Shown: in pieces, positions 22,001 through 29,975 of the stretch
Layout: each line of letters opens with the position of its first letter
Numbering within the stretch: the stretch's first letter is position 1
Source: an uncultured Candidatus Peribacteria bacterium
Lineage (GTDB): Bacteria; Patescibacteriota; Gracilibacteria; UBA1369; GCA-2718715
Assembly: GCA_964451705.1 (NCBI GenBank)
Contig: CAYVIV010000001.1
Location: forward strand, 62,807-126,806
DNA: 64,000 bases
Direction: 5' to 3'
Translations under genes and position numbers: made by a program
Notes under the pieces: model-generated
The model's database searches: none
What the model saw: only the letters and a program-made list of their open reading frames with translations
Told to the model about the DNA's origin: nothing

Positions 22001-22420
22001 CTTATCTTCAAAGATTAGGCTAACTTGGTTTTTAAACAAGTTACTATTAATTAGTTGTGCGGTTTCTCTAAATAACTCTTCAAACTTATCATGTTCGTTG
22101 TTTACTAAGCTTTCTATCATTGCAGATATCTTTGTTTTAACTGGTGCGGCTAACTGTTCTGCCACCCCTGTGTTTTGGTTCAGGCTAAGTTGACTTTTTA
22201 GCCAGCTTTGAAGGCTTTGGAACATTTCATCTTTTAACATCTGCCTTTTATTGCTTGCGCGTCCGTAAACTTCTAGCATAGATTCTAACATTTGTCGGTA
22301 CCCACTAATAGCTTCTGTCGTGTTTGCGAGTTGAAATTCCGTAATCAGCCTAGACCTATCTATTGTAGCTGGCACTTGTGAACTAGCTTTTTCTCTAGTT
22401 GTAGGTTTGTTGTCATTCAT
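19010..22420 (-). CDS. Large (1136 aa) helical protein of unknown function with an internal glycine-zipper hydrophobic core
   Basis: One uninterrupted ORF with no N-terminal signal peptide. Long K/E/Q/L-rich helical stretches flank a Gly/Val/Leu-rich block (GMAGVVGGVVGLPHLL...VGMFVPVLGTILTF...AGFGLLQLGTDVLTLFGGVGVGLRAALVGSKLGTGAA). I see no family signature I recognise. Confidence 0.7.
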   Translation of the reverse strand: MNDNKPTTREKASSQVPATIDRSRLITEFQLANTTEAISGYRQMLESMLEVYGRASNKRQMLKDEMFQSLQSWLKSQLSLNQNTGVAEQLAAPVKTKISAMIESLVNNEHDKFEELFRETAQLINSNLFKNQVSLIFEDKHKQEMQKSAIASLQSNQRKKTIALNILEKLVAPRQYQQIKKALDTSKNYGEINSLINNAIANSQLKVPGVDSLEDINYMVDDVFLDENKDQSTFGKISRQLGLDKITGLSRLPLSIRSAKIFATAATKIGIEKRHLRQIQHFTLDTLLRNIKNDNVMSKVPAQTKANLMKLKRFLSESRVSTFQTEFIAAINSNDKLSETAKQELKLMARDLKSLPLELLILATFDNVSGVTKYDFIGQRLITFYRAARIWPRFMKGHLFQASHVNAGRTLAYASSETIRNATTTEKAFNQTKKLVSKIPDIDNLQSSNLNSKDINKKMGQFSQYIEDFNQKALSQEKHLLEKLSQAADETSRTKISEELTNHRAAHAKAQSHFSSYTAAFDEASRLKTSGTSLSKTVAGQQTDTLLKTTAEDMDKISSQQVTKSQVRKTGEEIVEEIRYGAIKRVGMAGVVGGVVGLPHLLDATSGNSSISKIGVSVGETVGMFVPVLGTILTFTQVFRGQTLAGDKLSGWERVTTAGFGLLQLGTDVLTLFGGVGVGLRAALVGSKLGTGAAKVAHASSKAPILARVGNKIGHIIGNRVNTANKLYDKANDLNKLVDASQPLTALARTKETFKQGWRGFTEGSSHFGKNLQGFNRLGRAWTHPRAYINAPNVFHAAAFLPAAASSVLGLGYRIPRAIYRASKTALEPIMKGIRVVRRGINNKVATALTAGLGVNKAAVQAGAKAFEKFQDVNAQVVALTHRRAQIERQLLAIFKKPNGTPYTNYETLAKALNMNNRKLSKHANQDFKALRNNNLGLINEAKELTATVLKHRKDLTKLSNIANKDELKVFTHLAKNNTTSNYAKLADKLINSGSVGLKVLNAAEKTLLTTLGISIGLPLINHGTFSGTWKAAGNAATGTLDAAYESGKYAFSGERKEQRKRWYERVDEVSSNVSKLNLFKRRLLQMNINELAKLYFKGLNNRSLEAELLSVISMRGYSEQQLQNAYYATGHKTQL

Positions 22421-22429
22421 GATATATAT

Positions 22430-24166
22430 TTATTTTTTAAAGTTATAATTCTCTAAGTGTTTGATCCTGGCGTAGGTAGCCTGACCAAAAATCGATGTTG
22501 CCGGTGGAATTGTTTGATTTGTTAGAATAGCCCTTTGTTTAAGTGTAATTGTAGCTAAGCTATCTTGAATTGTTACTGTGTAATCTATGTCTTTTTTAAG
22601 TTTGTTTCCATTTGTTGCAGCATTTAATAGCTTCAATTTATCAATTTCATCTTTACCAGTTGTAATAGTGCTGTTTTCTGCAACATACAAGGCATTTGAT
22701 GCTGGTATGTTTAGACCAGCAGCTATTGTGAACTTATGTTGTTTATCATTGTGGACCTCTGTTTGTTTACGATTTGTAGGTTGTTGTGTTGCTGTGATGG
22801 TTTCAACTGTCTCGATTGTTTGTGTGTTTGGTGCAGCTACCTTGTGATCTGCTACCTGTTCACCTTGTTCGAATCTTGCATAGTCTTTATTGAAAGTTAC
22901 AATGTGTTTAGCCCGAGTTAAGACTGCAGAGAATATTGCAAAGGCTCCCACACTAAGTTTGGTTGTTGGTACAGAACTATCAGAAGCTAGTATGTAGTAT
23001 ATTTTTTGGCGATCCAGCATACCTAGAAATTCTAGTGTCGAAATTAACATACTTTTTTGACCTCGTTTTTTGAGTATCTCTATACGTTCTTTAATTTGAG
23101 CAGCACTTAATTTAGGTCTTTTTGCACTTTGTGCATCAGTTTCTTCTTGTGTTTGTTGATGGGTTGACGGCACTAAAACTGTAGAGTCATCTGTATTTTC
23201 AATCTGTTCTAGAGTGGGTTGTGGGTTTACAGTCTCAACATTTGCTCTTACTGTCTCTCTATGAGTATCATAATGCGTTTTGATAGTGCTGACTTTGCCT
23301 TGTAAGTCTTTATCATCAAGAGGTTTATACAATGTTGATGTATCTATTGAAGTCCAAGATTTTCCTGTGTTACTACCATCAATTCGATAGACTTGCGGTT
23401 TGTCTTGCTCTTGAAAATTAATAAGTTCATATGCATTATCATCAGTTTTTCTAAATGCAAGGTAAGCTAACATACTTGGTTCAAATAGCATCTTAGCTAG
23501 TAGAGCCATGCCTTTGTTAGGTATTCTGACTAGTTCATTTTGAGTGACAGCCTCTGTTTCTAATAATTTGATGAGTTCTGTTTCACAATCACCATTATTA
23601 AAGTCTGTGTCCCCAGTCGTGTCACCTGAATCTAATGTGATAAAGCTGTCACTGCTAGTATCTGGCTTATTGGTTGCGATATAGGTTTTCATTTGCCCAA
23701 TCTTGTCTGGATCGAGCTGATTATCTACAACTTTGCTATATGCTGACCCCTCTCTAAAGTCGTCTGCATTACTCCACTGCTCTAAACTTAGATCTTCACC
23801 TAGACTGTAATTTTGAGTACCCCCTTGGTAGTGCAAGCAATATAGGTACTTTAGGTAGGTGTGTTTGTCTTCAAGAGATGTAATGCTTGCTGGAAACTTA
23901 TACTTTTCATATGGGTCTTGGGTGTGTCTAAGTTGGTCTAGTTTTATAGTTCTATAATTTGACTTAATACTTTCTTGCAGTTCATGGCTAAGGTTTGCCT
24001 TTTGAGTATTTGTAACCTCGAGATCAGAGCGCAATTTGTAGAGTGCTCGAAAGTCTGTAATGCTTTGACTACCATTTGTTTCAAGATAGTATGGGCCTTG
24101 ATTTGGGCGTGATGGTACGACCATTTGTGAGGGGGTTATTTTGAAATTAACTAAATTATACCACAA
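22430..24166 (-). CDS. Hypothetical 578-aa protein, unknown function
   Basis: Long ORF that ends 9 nt upstream of the 1136-aa ORF. No signal peptide or recognisable motif. It has an acidic/Thr-rich middle and a Q/T-rich linker. The true start may be the internal Met at MVVPSRPNQ. Confidence 0.65.
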   Translation of the reverse strand: MWYNLVNFKITPSQMVVPSRPNQGPYYLETNGSQSITDFRALYKLRSDLEVTNTQKANLSHELQESIKSNYRTIKLDQLRHTQDPYEKYKFPASITSLEDKHTYLKYLYCLHYQGGTQNYSLGEDLSLEQWSNADDFREGSAYSKVVDNQLDPDKIGQMKTYIATNKPDTSSDSFITLDSGDTTGDTDFNNGDCETELIKLLETEAVTQNELVRIPNKGMALLAKMLFEPSMLAYLAFRKTDDNAYELINFQEQDKPQVYRIDGSNTGKSWTSIDTSTLYKPLDDKDLQGKVSTIKTHYDTHRETVRANVETVNPQPTLEQIENTDDSTVLVPSTHQQTQEETDAQSAKRPKLSAAQIKERIEILKKRGQKSMLISTLEFLGMLDRQKIYYILASDSSVPTTKLSVGAFAIFSAVLTRAKHIVTFNKDYARFEQGEQVADHKVAAPNTQTIETVETITATQQPTNRKQTEVHNDKQHKFTIAAGLNIPASNALYVAENSTITTGKDEIDKLKLLNAATNGNKLKKDIDYTVTIQDSLATITLKQRAILTNQTIPPATSIFGQATYARIKHLENYNFKK

Positions 24167-24262
24167 GCCGTCAAATTTTGCACGTCTTTTTTTATTTTTG
24201 TAAAGTTATCTGGCTTTAATAAGCCAATTTGGGGTGCTAGATTACTTGTTTTGTTTTTTACT

Positions 24263-25909
24263 TTAGAGTTCTTTGAGCATGTAGCTACCGTCTAAATGAT
24301 AGCCAAGTTTTTTATAGTATTCTCGAGTGCCAATAGCAGAAATCACAGCAATTTTTTTATATCCTTCCAGCTTAGCTTGTGCCTCTGCGGCTTGCATAAG
24401 TTTTGTGCCTAGGCCAAGGTGTTGGCTTTTGGAGTTGAGTTTGGTTTTGGATAAGCTTTCTTGCTTGCCATAGACATGTAGTTCTCGAACAATGGCAGCA
24501 TCTTTGAGCTCTGGAATAAAAACATCAGAATTATTAAGGCAGCGCAGTCGTACTAAGCCAATTAATTTGTCTAATTGAGGCTCTACAACAGATATAAAGT
24601 ACTCTGTTGCCTGGTTACTTTGGTATTTGTAGCTTTGGATTTCAGTATTTTTTATATCAAATGCTTGGTCTTTAATTTCTCGACAGCGAATGCATTTACA
24701 TTCGACCTTTTTATCTTTAAGTAGTTGTCGCATGTTTAGGGTTTTGGAACCCTTTAAAACTAGGTCCGATGGGAAATCACGTAATATACGGATGATCCTG
24801 CAATATTCTGGGACAATTTTCTTTGTAGCAGCTAGGAGTTCAAATAATTCTGGGTCTGTATATGCTTTGTAGATGCTCGGGTCTGCCTCTACCATTTTAG
24901 CCAGCTTGGTATATGGCACTACCATACATGGATAGATTTTAATGTAGTCTGGATTGAGAATATCTTTTTCAAAACAGTCGTGAATAGTTTGCAGGTCTGA
25001 TTCTAGAGTGGATTTAGGTAGGTTTGGCATTATATGATGGCAAATTTTCAGGCCAGCATCGCGGCAGAGCTTGGTGGCAGCCACCGATGTTTTGAGGTCG
25101 TGGCCTCTTTCGCTAAATTCATTTACTTTGTCATCTGTGGTTTGGATGCCAAGTTCTATACCGGTCACACCATAGTCTCGCAGACGCAGAATTTCTTCTT
25201 TGGTCACCCAGTCTGGCCGGGTTTCGACCCAAAGGCCAACACAGCGAGAGTTTGCTGTTTGATTCTCATGAATTAAGTCCTCTAGTTTAGCCTGGCTTAT
25301 GTTTTGGTTGGCAACTGCTAGTTCTTCAATGTCCCCTGGCCCTTGGTTGAGGGCGTAGTAGATTGATTTTATAAAATGTAGCTGATAATCATGCAGATAG
25401 GATGACCAAGTCCCCCCTGCCGTGCGAATGTCAATTTTGCTGGTGTCATGCCCTTGTGTTTTTAATCCATTCAAACGAGCTTTGACTTGAGTATATGCAT
25501 CGAAATCATTACGGACAGCTCTAAGCATAGCTGGTTGGTTGGAGAAATAACTTTTAGGCATGCCTGGTTGTGTTGGACAGTAAATGCATTTGCCCGGACA
25601 GCCAAATTCCTTGAGCATAACAGTAATATTGGCTATTCCAGAAAGAGTACGTACTCTACGCTTGGTAATAAAATTGAGTACCTGCTGGTTGGCTGCTAAA
25701 GCTCCACTGTCTACCAGTTTGTTATAAGCGGCTACTAGCTCAATATTGCGAGGTGGGGTTAGCTTATGTTTTTTTGTGAGTTTGTTGCGTAGTTTTTCGA
25801 GCGTGCGTTTATCTAGCATTTCGGCCCCTGCCATCTCTATGAATTCATAGATTGCTATAATCACCTCTTTGGCGAGTTGTTCGTAGTTTTTACGTAATTC
25901 GTAGTTCAT
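24263..25909 (-). CDS. elp3: Elp3-family radical-SAM/GNAT tRNA uridine(34) carboxymethyl-forming enzyme
   Basis: 548 aa. The radical-SAM cluster motif is GCPGKCIYCPTQPGMPKSY. The C-terminal GNAT segment QHLGLGTKLMQAAEAQAKLEGYKKIAVISAIGTREYYKKLGYHLDGSYMLK closely parallels the canonical Elp3 tail (QHxGxG...ISGIGxRxYYRKLGYxLxGPYM). Confidence 0.85.
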   Translation of the reverse strand: MNYELRKNYEQLAKEVIIAIYEFIEMAGAEMLDKRTLEKLRNKLTKKHKLTPPRNIELVAAYNKLVDSGALAANQQVLNFITKRRVRTLSGIANITVMLKEFGCPGKCIYCPTQPGMPKSYFSNQPAMLRAVRNDFDAYTQVKARLNGLKTQGHDTSKIDIRTAGGTWSSYLHDYQLHFIKSIYYALNQGPGDIEELAVANQNISQAKLEDLIHENQTANSRCVGLWVETRPDWVTKEEILRLRDYGVTGIELGIQTTDDKVNEFSERGHDLKTSVAATKLCRDAGLKICHHIMPNLPKSTLESDLQTIHDCFEKDILNPDYIKIYPCMVVPYTKLAKMVEADPSIYKAYTDPELFELLAATKKIVPEYCRIIRILRDFPSDLVLKGSKTLNMRQLLKDKKVECKCIRCREIKDQAFDIKNTEIQSYKYQSNQATEYFISVVEPQLDKLIGLVRLRCLNNSDVFIPELKDAAIVRELHVYGKQESLSKTKLNSKSQHLGLGTKLMQAAEAQAKLEGYKKIAVISAIGTREYYKKLGYHLDGSYMLKEL

Positions 25910-26000
25910 AGTTTCTTTTTGCAGTTATTTTATGTTTTTAGCTTTGTATTTGTCAAATTGGCTTTTTAATTTTATAATTAATGCACTTAGTTTTACAAAC

Positions 26001-26681
26001 ATGGTTTTACACAAAGTTGTTAACGAAAGTTATAATCAGATCGCTAGTAAATTTTCTAAATCCAGAAATAAGCCTTGGTTAGAGTTTGATTTATATAACA
26101 AAATTGCAGCGCCAAATTCAAATATACTCGATATAGGTTGTGGTAATGGTCGGTTGCTTTTATCTTTAAACAAGCCAGGTATCGCCTATACAGCTTTGGA
26201 TATATCTTCGGAAATGTTAGTCCAAGCCAAGCAAAACTTAGCCTCGGTAAACTGTCAGAAAACTTTTGTTTGTAGTAACTTTTTAGATGCTAATTTAGGA
26301 GCTAATTCATTTGATAGTATTTTTTCTGTGGCCTGTTTACATCATATACATGGATTTTGGAATAGATTAGCTTTTTTGAATGCTATTTATGACTGTCTTA
26401 AGCCAAATGCGACTGCTTGTGTCTCTGTATGGAATTTGTGGCAGCCACGCTATGCTAAGAATTTCAAACAAGCTGCTAAAAAGAGTTTGTTTGCAAGAAG
26501 GGACTTAAATATCAAATTTGGCCAAACAGCTAGGTATTACCATGCTTTTGGCTTTTGGGAGTTGAAGTTTTTGGTTTTTTGTAGTAAGTTTAGAGCTTGT
26601 GATATACTATTTGTAGACAAACAGCAGTATTTACCATCACAAAAAAACTCTCATAATATGATTTTAATTTTGAATAAATAA
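26001..26681 (+). CDS. Trm9-like class I SAM-dependent methyltransferase
   Basis: The ORF track starts at 25932. That 23-codon hydrophobic extension would leave only 22 nt to elp3, so I prefer the ATG at 26001 (MVLHKVVNESYNQIASKFSKSRNKPWLEF). SYNQIASKFSKSRNKPW matches Trm9 VYxxIAxHFSxTRxKPW. ILDIGCGNG is the SAM motif I. FSVACLHHI, VWNLWQ and RYYHAF also parallel Trm9. Confidence 0.7.
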   Translation: MVLHKVVNESYNQIASKFSKSRNKPWLEFDLYNKIAAPNSNILDIGCGNGRLLLSLNKPGIAYTALDISSEMLVQAKQNLASVNCQKTFVCSNFLDANLGANSFDSIFSVACLHHIHGFWNRLAFLNAIYDCLKPNATACVSVWNLWQPRYAKNFKQAAKKSLFARRDLNIKFGQTARYYHAFGFWELKFLVFCSKFRACDILFVDKQQYLPSQKNSHNMILILNK

Positions 26682-27431
26682 ATGTTGTATTTCCACAAAG
26701 CGCCAATTTTTAATAAATCGGCAGACGACTTATTGCAGCTATGTTTGGAGAGAATTAAAGAGGCAAAATATACTAGTTTTATAGCGACACCAAATCCAGA
26801 AATGTATGTTGAGGCTGTCCACAATAAGGCTTTTAGATCTGTTTTGCAAAACACCAGTTTTAACATTATAGATGGTTTTGGTTTATACCTAGGTTTGAGA
26901 TTGTTTGGCTTTAAAGTTCAGCGTTTAACTGGAACAGACTTGGTGGAGTCTTTACTCACTAACTCTAGGGCAAGTTTTTACTTGCTCGGTGGTGCCAAAG
27001 GCAACGCCAAGCTTATACAGCAAAAGTTTCCTAAGGCTCGGATAGTTGGACACTTCGATGGAGCTGTGAATGCAAAGTCGACCCAAAAAATCTTGAGTCA
27101 AATTAATGAGCTTAAACCTCAGGTGGTTTTAGTGGCTTTGGGAGCTGTAAAGCAAGAAAAATGGATTCTGGATAACTTGACTGATTTGCAAGCTTCCAAG
27201 CTCTTAATTGCTTGTGGTGGGGCCTTAGATTATTTATCTAATAAAGTTACAAGAGCACCGAGATTTTTGCGAAATCTAGGCTTAGAGTGGTTATATAGAC
27301 TCTTAAGACAACCAAAACGTATTTTTAGGATTTTCAAGGCAGTTGTTGTGTTCCCTATTGTGTTTTTTCTGGTAGAACTAGTTTGTTTCTTGTATAGGAT
27401 TGTTCAGGCTGCTTATACCAAGTGCAAGTAG
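26682..27431 (+). CDS. WecB/TagA/CpsF-family glycosyltransferase (ManNAc transferase-like)
   Basis: 249 aa. IATPNPEMYVEA, DGFGLYLG, LGAVKQEKW and LEWLYRLLRQPKRIFR are the family pattern. The start abuts the upstream stop (TAAATG). Confidence 0.8.
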   Translation: MLYFHKAPIFNKSADDLLQLCLERIKEAKYTSFIATPNPEMYVEAVHNKAFRSVLQNTSFNIIDGFGLYLGLRLFGFKVQRLTGTDLVESLLTNSRASFYLLGGAKGNAKLIQQKFPKARIVGHFDGAVNAKSTQKILSQINELKPQVVLVALGAVKQEKWILDNLTDLQASKLLIACGGALDYLSNKVTRAPRFLRNLGLEWLYRLLRQPKRIFRIFKAVVVFPIVFFLVELVCFLYRIVQAAYTKCK

Positions 27432-28088
27432 ACATGCTGTTTCTAATCTGAGTATTTTTTTACCTAGGCTGACTTTTGTATGTTTGAGAGTTTGCATAAA
27501 CTCGAGATCTTGTTGGCTAAAGCCACCTTCTGGTCCTATTAAAATGTTAATTTCTTCTAAACTATCTATTTGCGTGATTAACTTTTGATTATTGCCTACA
27601 ACGCAGGCTAAATAATGCTTTTTGGGATCGATTTGCTTGAGGGTGCTTGTAGTGTGGAGAATAGGTAGAAATCTGCTTTCGGATTGGCTAGCAGCGGATT
27701 TTATAATCTGATTAAGCCTCTCTAGCTTGCCAAGACTGTGAACTTGAGTGTATTCGGTGATAATTGGGTAAAAATTGTTAACTCCAAGTTCGGTGCCCAT
27801 TTTTAGTATAAGCTCTAGCTTTGGTAATTTATTGGGAATCGCAAAGTAGAGGTTTAAGCGCTTAGGATTGTAGCTGGATTCTTGAATGGTTTCTAGTTGG
27901 AGTGCGACCTCTTTTTTGTGAGCCATAGTAATAGTGGCCTGGCAATATTTACCAAAGCCATCGAGGACTACTACTTGTTGGTTTTTTTGAAAACGCAGTA
28001 CATTTATAATGTAATTGATTTGTGCTTTATCGGTGATTTTTAGCAGAGAGTTGCTTTTGAGAGTAGTATCTAGAAATAGATATTTCAT
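27378..28088 (-). CDS. rsmE: 16S rRNA (uracil1498-N3)-methyltransferase RsmE
   Basis: ILIGPEGGFSQQDLEF is the SPOUT knot motif. The track ORF (to 28193) overlaps the upstream gene, so I use the internal ATG at 28086-28088 (MKYLFLD...). This leaves 7 nt after the upstream stop. Confidence 0.8.
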   Translation of the reverse strand: MKYLFLDTTLKSNSLLKITDKAQINYIINVLRFQKNQQVVVLDGFGKYCQATITMAHKKEVALQLETIQESSYNPKRLNLYFAIPNKLPKLELILKMGTELGVNNFYPIITEYTQVHSLGKLERLNQIIKSAASQSESRFLPILHTTSTLKQIDPKKHYLACVVGNNQKLITQIDSLEEINILIGPEGGFSQQDLEFMQTLKHTKVSLGKKILRLETACLLALGISSLNNPIQETN

Positions 28089-28095
28089 GCTGTAA

Positions 28096-28437
28096 TTAAT
28101 TCTTGAGTTTTTTCTTGCTAGACTTCGAAGCAGATTTAGAACCTGTGTCAGAGTCTGAACTAGATTTGCTTCTGGCCTTGTGTATATAATCACGAATAGA
28201 CTTTTCTATAATTGGCGTAAGCTTGCCTACTATAGATAAAAGCATATCAATTGGTCCGGTAACAATACTATGCACTCTAGATGTTATATCCCCTGTCGAA
28301 TGGCTAATTTTTCTAATATCTTTTAGAATCTGGTAAACTTTAAAAAGAACTAAACTTAAGAAGAATAAACTTAAAACCCCACCAAGGTATAATAATGCTT
28401 GAAAAATTTGTTCTAAGGTATATACGTTTGTAAGCAT
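28096..28437 (-). CDS. Small membrane-anchored protein with a Ser/Lys-rich tail, unknown function
   Basis: 113 aa. It has one N-terminal TM helix (ALLYLGGVLSLFFLSLVLF), a helical middle and a KSSSDSDTGSKSASKSSKKK tail. Confidence 0.5.
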   Translation of the reverse strand: MLTNVYTLEQIFQALLYLGGVLSLFFLSLVLFKVYQILKDIRKISHSTGDITSRVHSIVTGPIDMLLSIVGKLTPIIEKSIRDYIHKARSKSSSDSDTGSKSASKSSKKKLKN

Positions 28438-28487
28438 AATAAGTTTTTAATTCTTTTGTTAATTATAGCATTATTTTGGACGAAAGT

Positions 28488-29924
28488 CTATTTTTCTGCA
28501 AGCATTTGCATTAGTTTTTTAGAAATATGTGCAGGATTTAGCTGACCTTTGGACTCCTTCATGCAAAAACCAACTAAAGCACCTATAGCTTTGTGGTTGC
28601 CTTGGCGCACATCGTCTGCAGCTTTTTGGTTGCTGTCTATAGCTTTTTGGCAGACGCTCTCGAGCAGGCCTTCGTCTATAACTTGTTTTAGATTGTGTTT
28701 TTCAATAAGCGTTTCGACATTCTCACCTGTCTCCAAGGCTAGTTGCATAAGTTTACCCTTGGCAATATTAAAGGAAATAACCTCTTCATTAATGAGTTTG
28801 ACTATAGTACCGAGATTTTTGGCTGAGACCGGAGACTCACTAATGTCTAGGTTTTGGTCTGCGAGTTTTTTTAGTAAGACTGTAGTTAAAAGCGAACAGG
28901 TTTTTTTTGGGTCATCAGAAATCTCGAGAGCCTCTTCAAAATACTCTGCCATTTCGAGTGTGTTGGAAAGTGTAAAGACTTCATCTGCGCTAATCCCATA
29001 TTCTCTGTACTTTTGCCTTTTTTGCATTGGCAGTTCCCCTAACTCTTGCCTAATTTCTTCGACTAGCTCTTTGCTGTGTGTAAGTGGTGGAATATCTGGC
29101 TCAGGAAAATATCTGTAGTCCTGTGCGGACTCTTTGGATCTTTGGCCGACTGTGATTTGTTTAGCATCGTCGTAGCCTCTGGTTTCTTGATAAATTTCGT
29201 TACCGGCATCTAATTCCTTGGCTTGGCGTTTGATTTCGTAGGCGAGGGCTTTTTCTAAAGAAGAGAAGGAGTTCAAGTTTTTAACTTCGACCTTGGTACC
29301 TAGTTCTGCCTGGCCCTTGGGTTTGAGGGATACATTGATATCAAAACGCATCATGCCTTTTTCCATATCTGCATCGGAAGCTTTTGTGTATCGTATTATT
29401 CTTTGGACTTCCCTGGCATATGCCGAGGCTTCGCTGACACTATTCATGTCTGGATCGGAGACAATTTCCATAAGTGGAGTGTCACAGCGATTAAAATCGA
29501 CTAATGAGCCAGTTGACTCGTGAGTGAGTTTACCGGCATCACCTTCTAAATGCATATGGTGAATGCCCACATCTTTAGCTCCGTTTTCTGTTTCTATGCT
29601 AACATTGCCTTTCTTTGTAATGGGACGAAATTGCTGTGTGATTTGGTAGCCCTTAGGACTATCAGGGTAGAAATAACTTTTTCTATCGAAAACTGAGACC
29701 TCAGAAATTTCACAGCCCAAAGCTAGTCCTGCTTTAATACCTTTAGTTATAGCTGCTTTATTAACTACTGGTAGCTGCCCAGGAAAGCCCATGCAAACAG
29801 GGCAGGTGTTGGTGTTTGGCTTAGCTGACTGAGAATCATTGCTGCAACCACAAAATAACTTGGTTTTTGTATTCATTTGGCAGTGGATTTCCAGACCCAC
29901 CACGACATCGTATTTATCTTGCAT
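28488..29924 (-). CDS. gatB: Asp/Glu-tRNA(Asn/Gln) amidotransferase subunit B
   Basis: 478 aa. It has VVGLEIHCQMNT, CPVCMGFPGQLPV, the GatB core and a YqeY-like tail. Confidence 0.95.
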   Translation of the reverse strand: MQDKYDVVVGLEIHCQMNTKTKLFCGCSNDSQSAKPNTNTCPVCMGFPGQLPVVNKAAITKGIKAGLALGCEISEVSVFDRKSYFYPDSPKGYQITQQFRPITKKGNVSIETENGAKDVGIHHMHLEGDAGKLTHESTGSLVDFNRCDTPLMEIVSDPDMNSVSEASAYAREVQRIIRYTKASDADMEKGMMRFDINVSLKPKGQAELGTKVEVKNLNSFSSLEKALAYEIKRQAKELDAGNEIYQETRGYDDAKQITVGQRSKESAQDYRYFPEPDIPPLTHSKELVEEIRQELGELPMQKRQKYREYGISADEVFTLSNTLEMAEYFEEALEISDDPKKTCSLLTTVLLKKLADQNLDISESPVSAKNLGTIVKLINEEVISFNIAKGKLMQLALETGENVETLIEKHNLKQVIDEGLLESVCQKAIDSNQKAADDVRQGNHKAIGALVGFCMKESKGQLNPAHISKKLMQMLAEK

Positions 29925-29975
29925 GCTTTTTATTTATTGGTATTTAATTTATTTAAGTGTAATTCCTGGGAAATT

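Noticed and set aside
19010-22420. The 1136-aa protein as an Rhs/YD-repeat, RTX or polymorphic toxin
   Set aside because: It has no YD repeats, no GGxGxD nonapeptides, no PAAR/LXG/WXG-type N-terminus and no recognisable C-terminal toxin domain.
25932-26000. Upstream start of the Trm9-like ORF (MFLALYLSNWLFNFIINALSFTN)
   Set aside because: It adds a hydrophobic peptide not seen in this methyltransferase family and leaves only 22 nt for two divergent promoters. The ATG at 26001 aligns with the Trm9 N-terminus.
28089-28193. Upstream extension of the rsmE ORF
   Set aside because: It overlaps the C-terminal coding region of the 113-aa gene in another frame. The internal ATG at 28088 gives an RsmE-like N-terminus and normal spacing.
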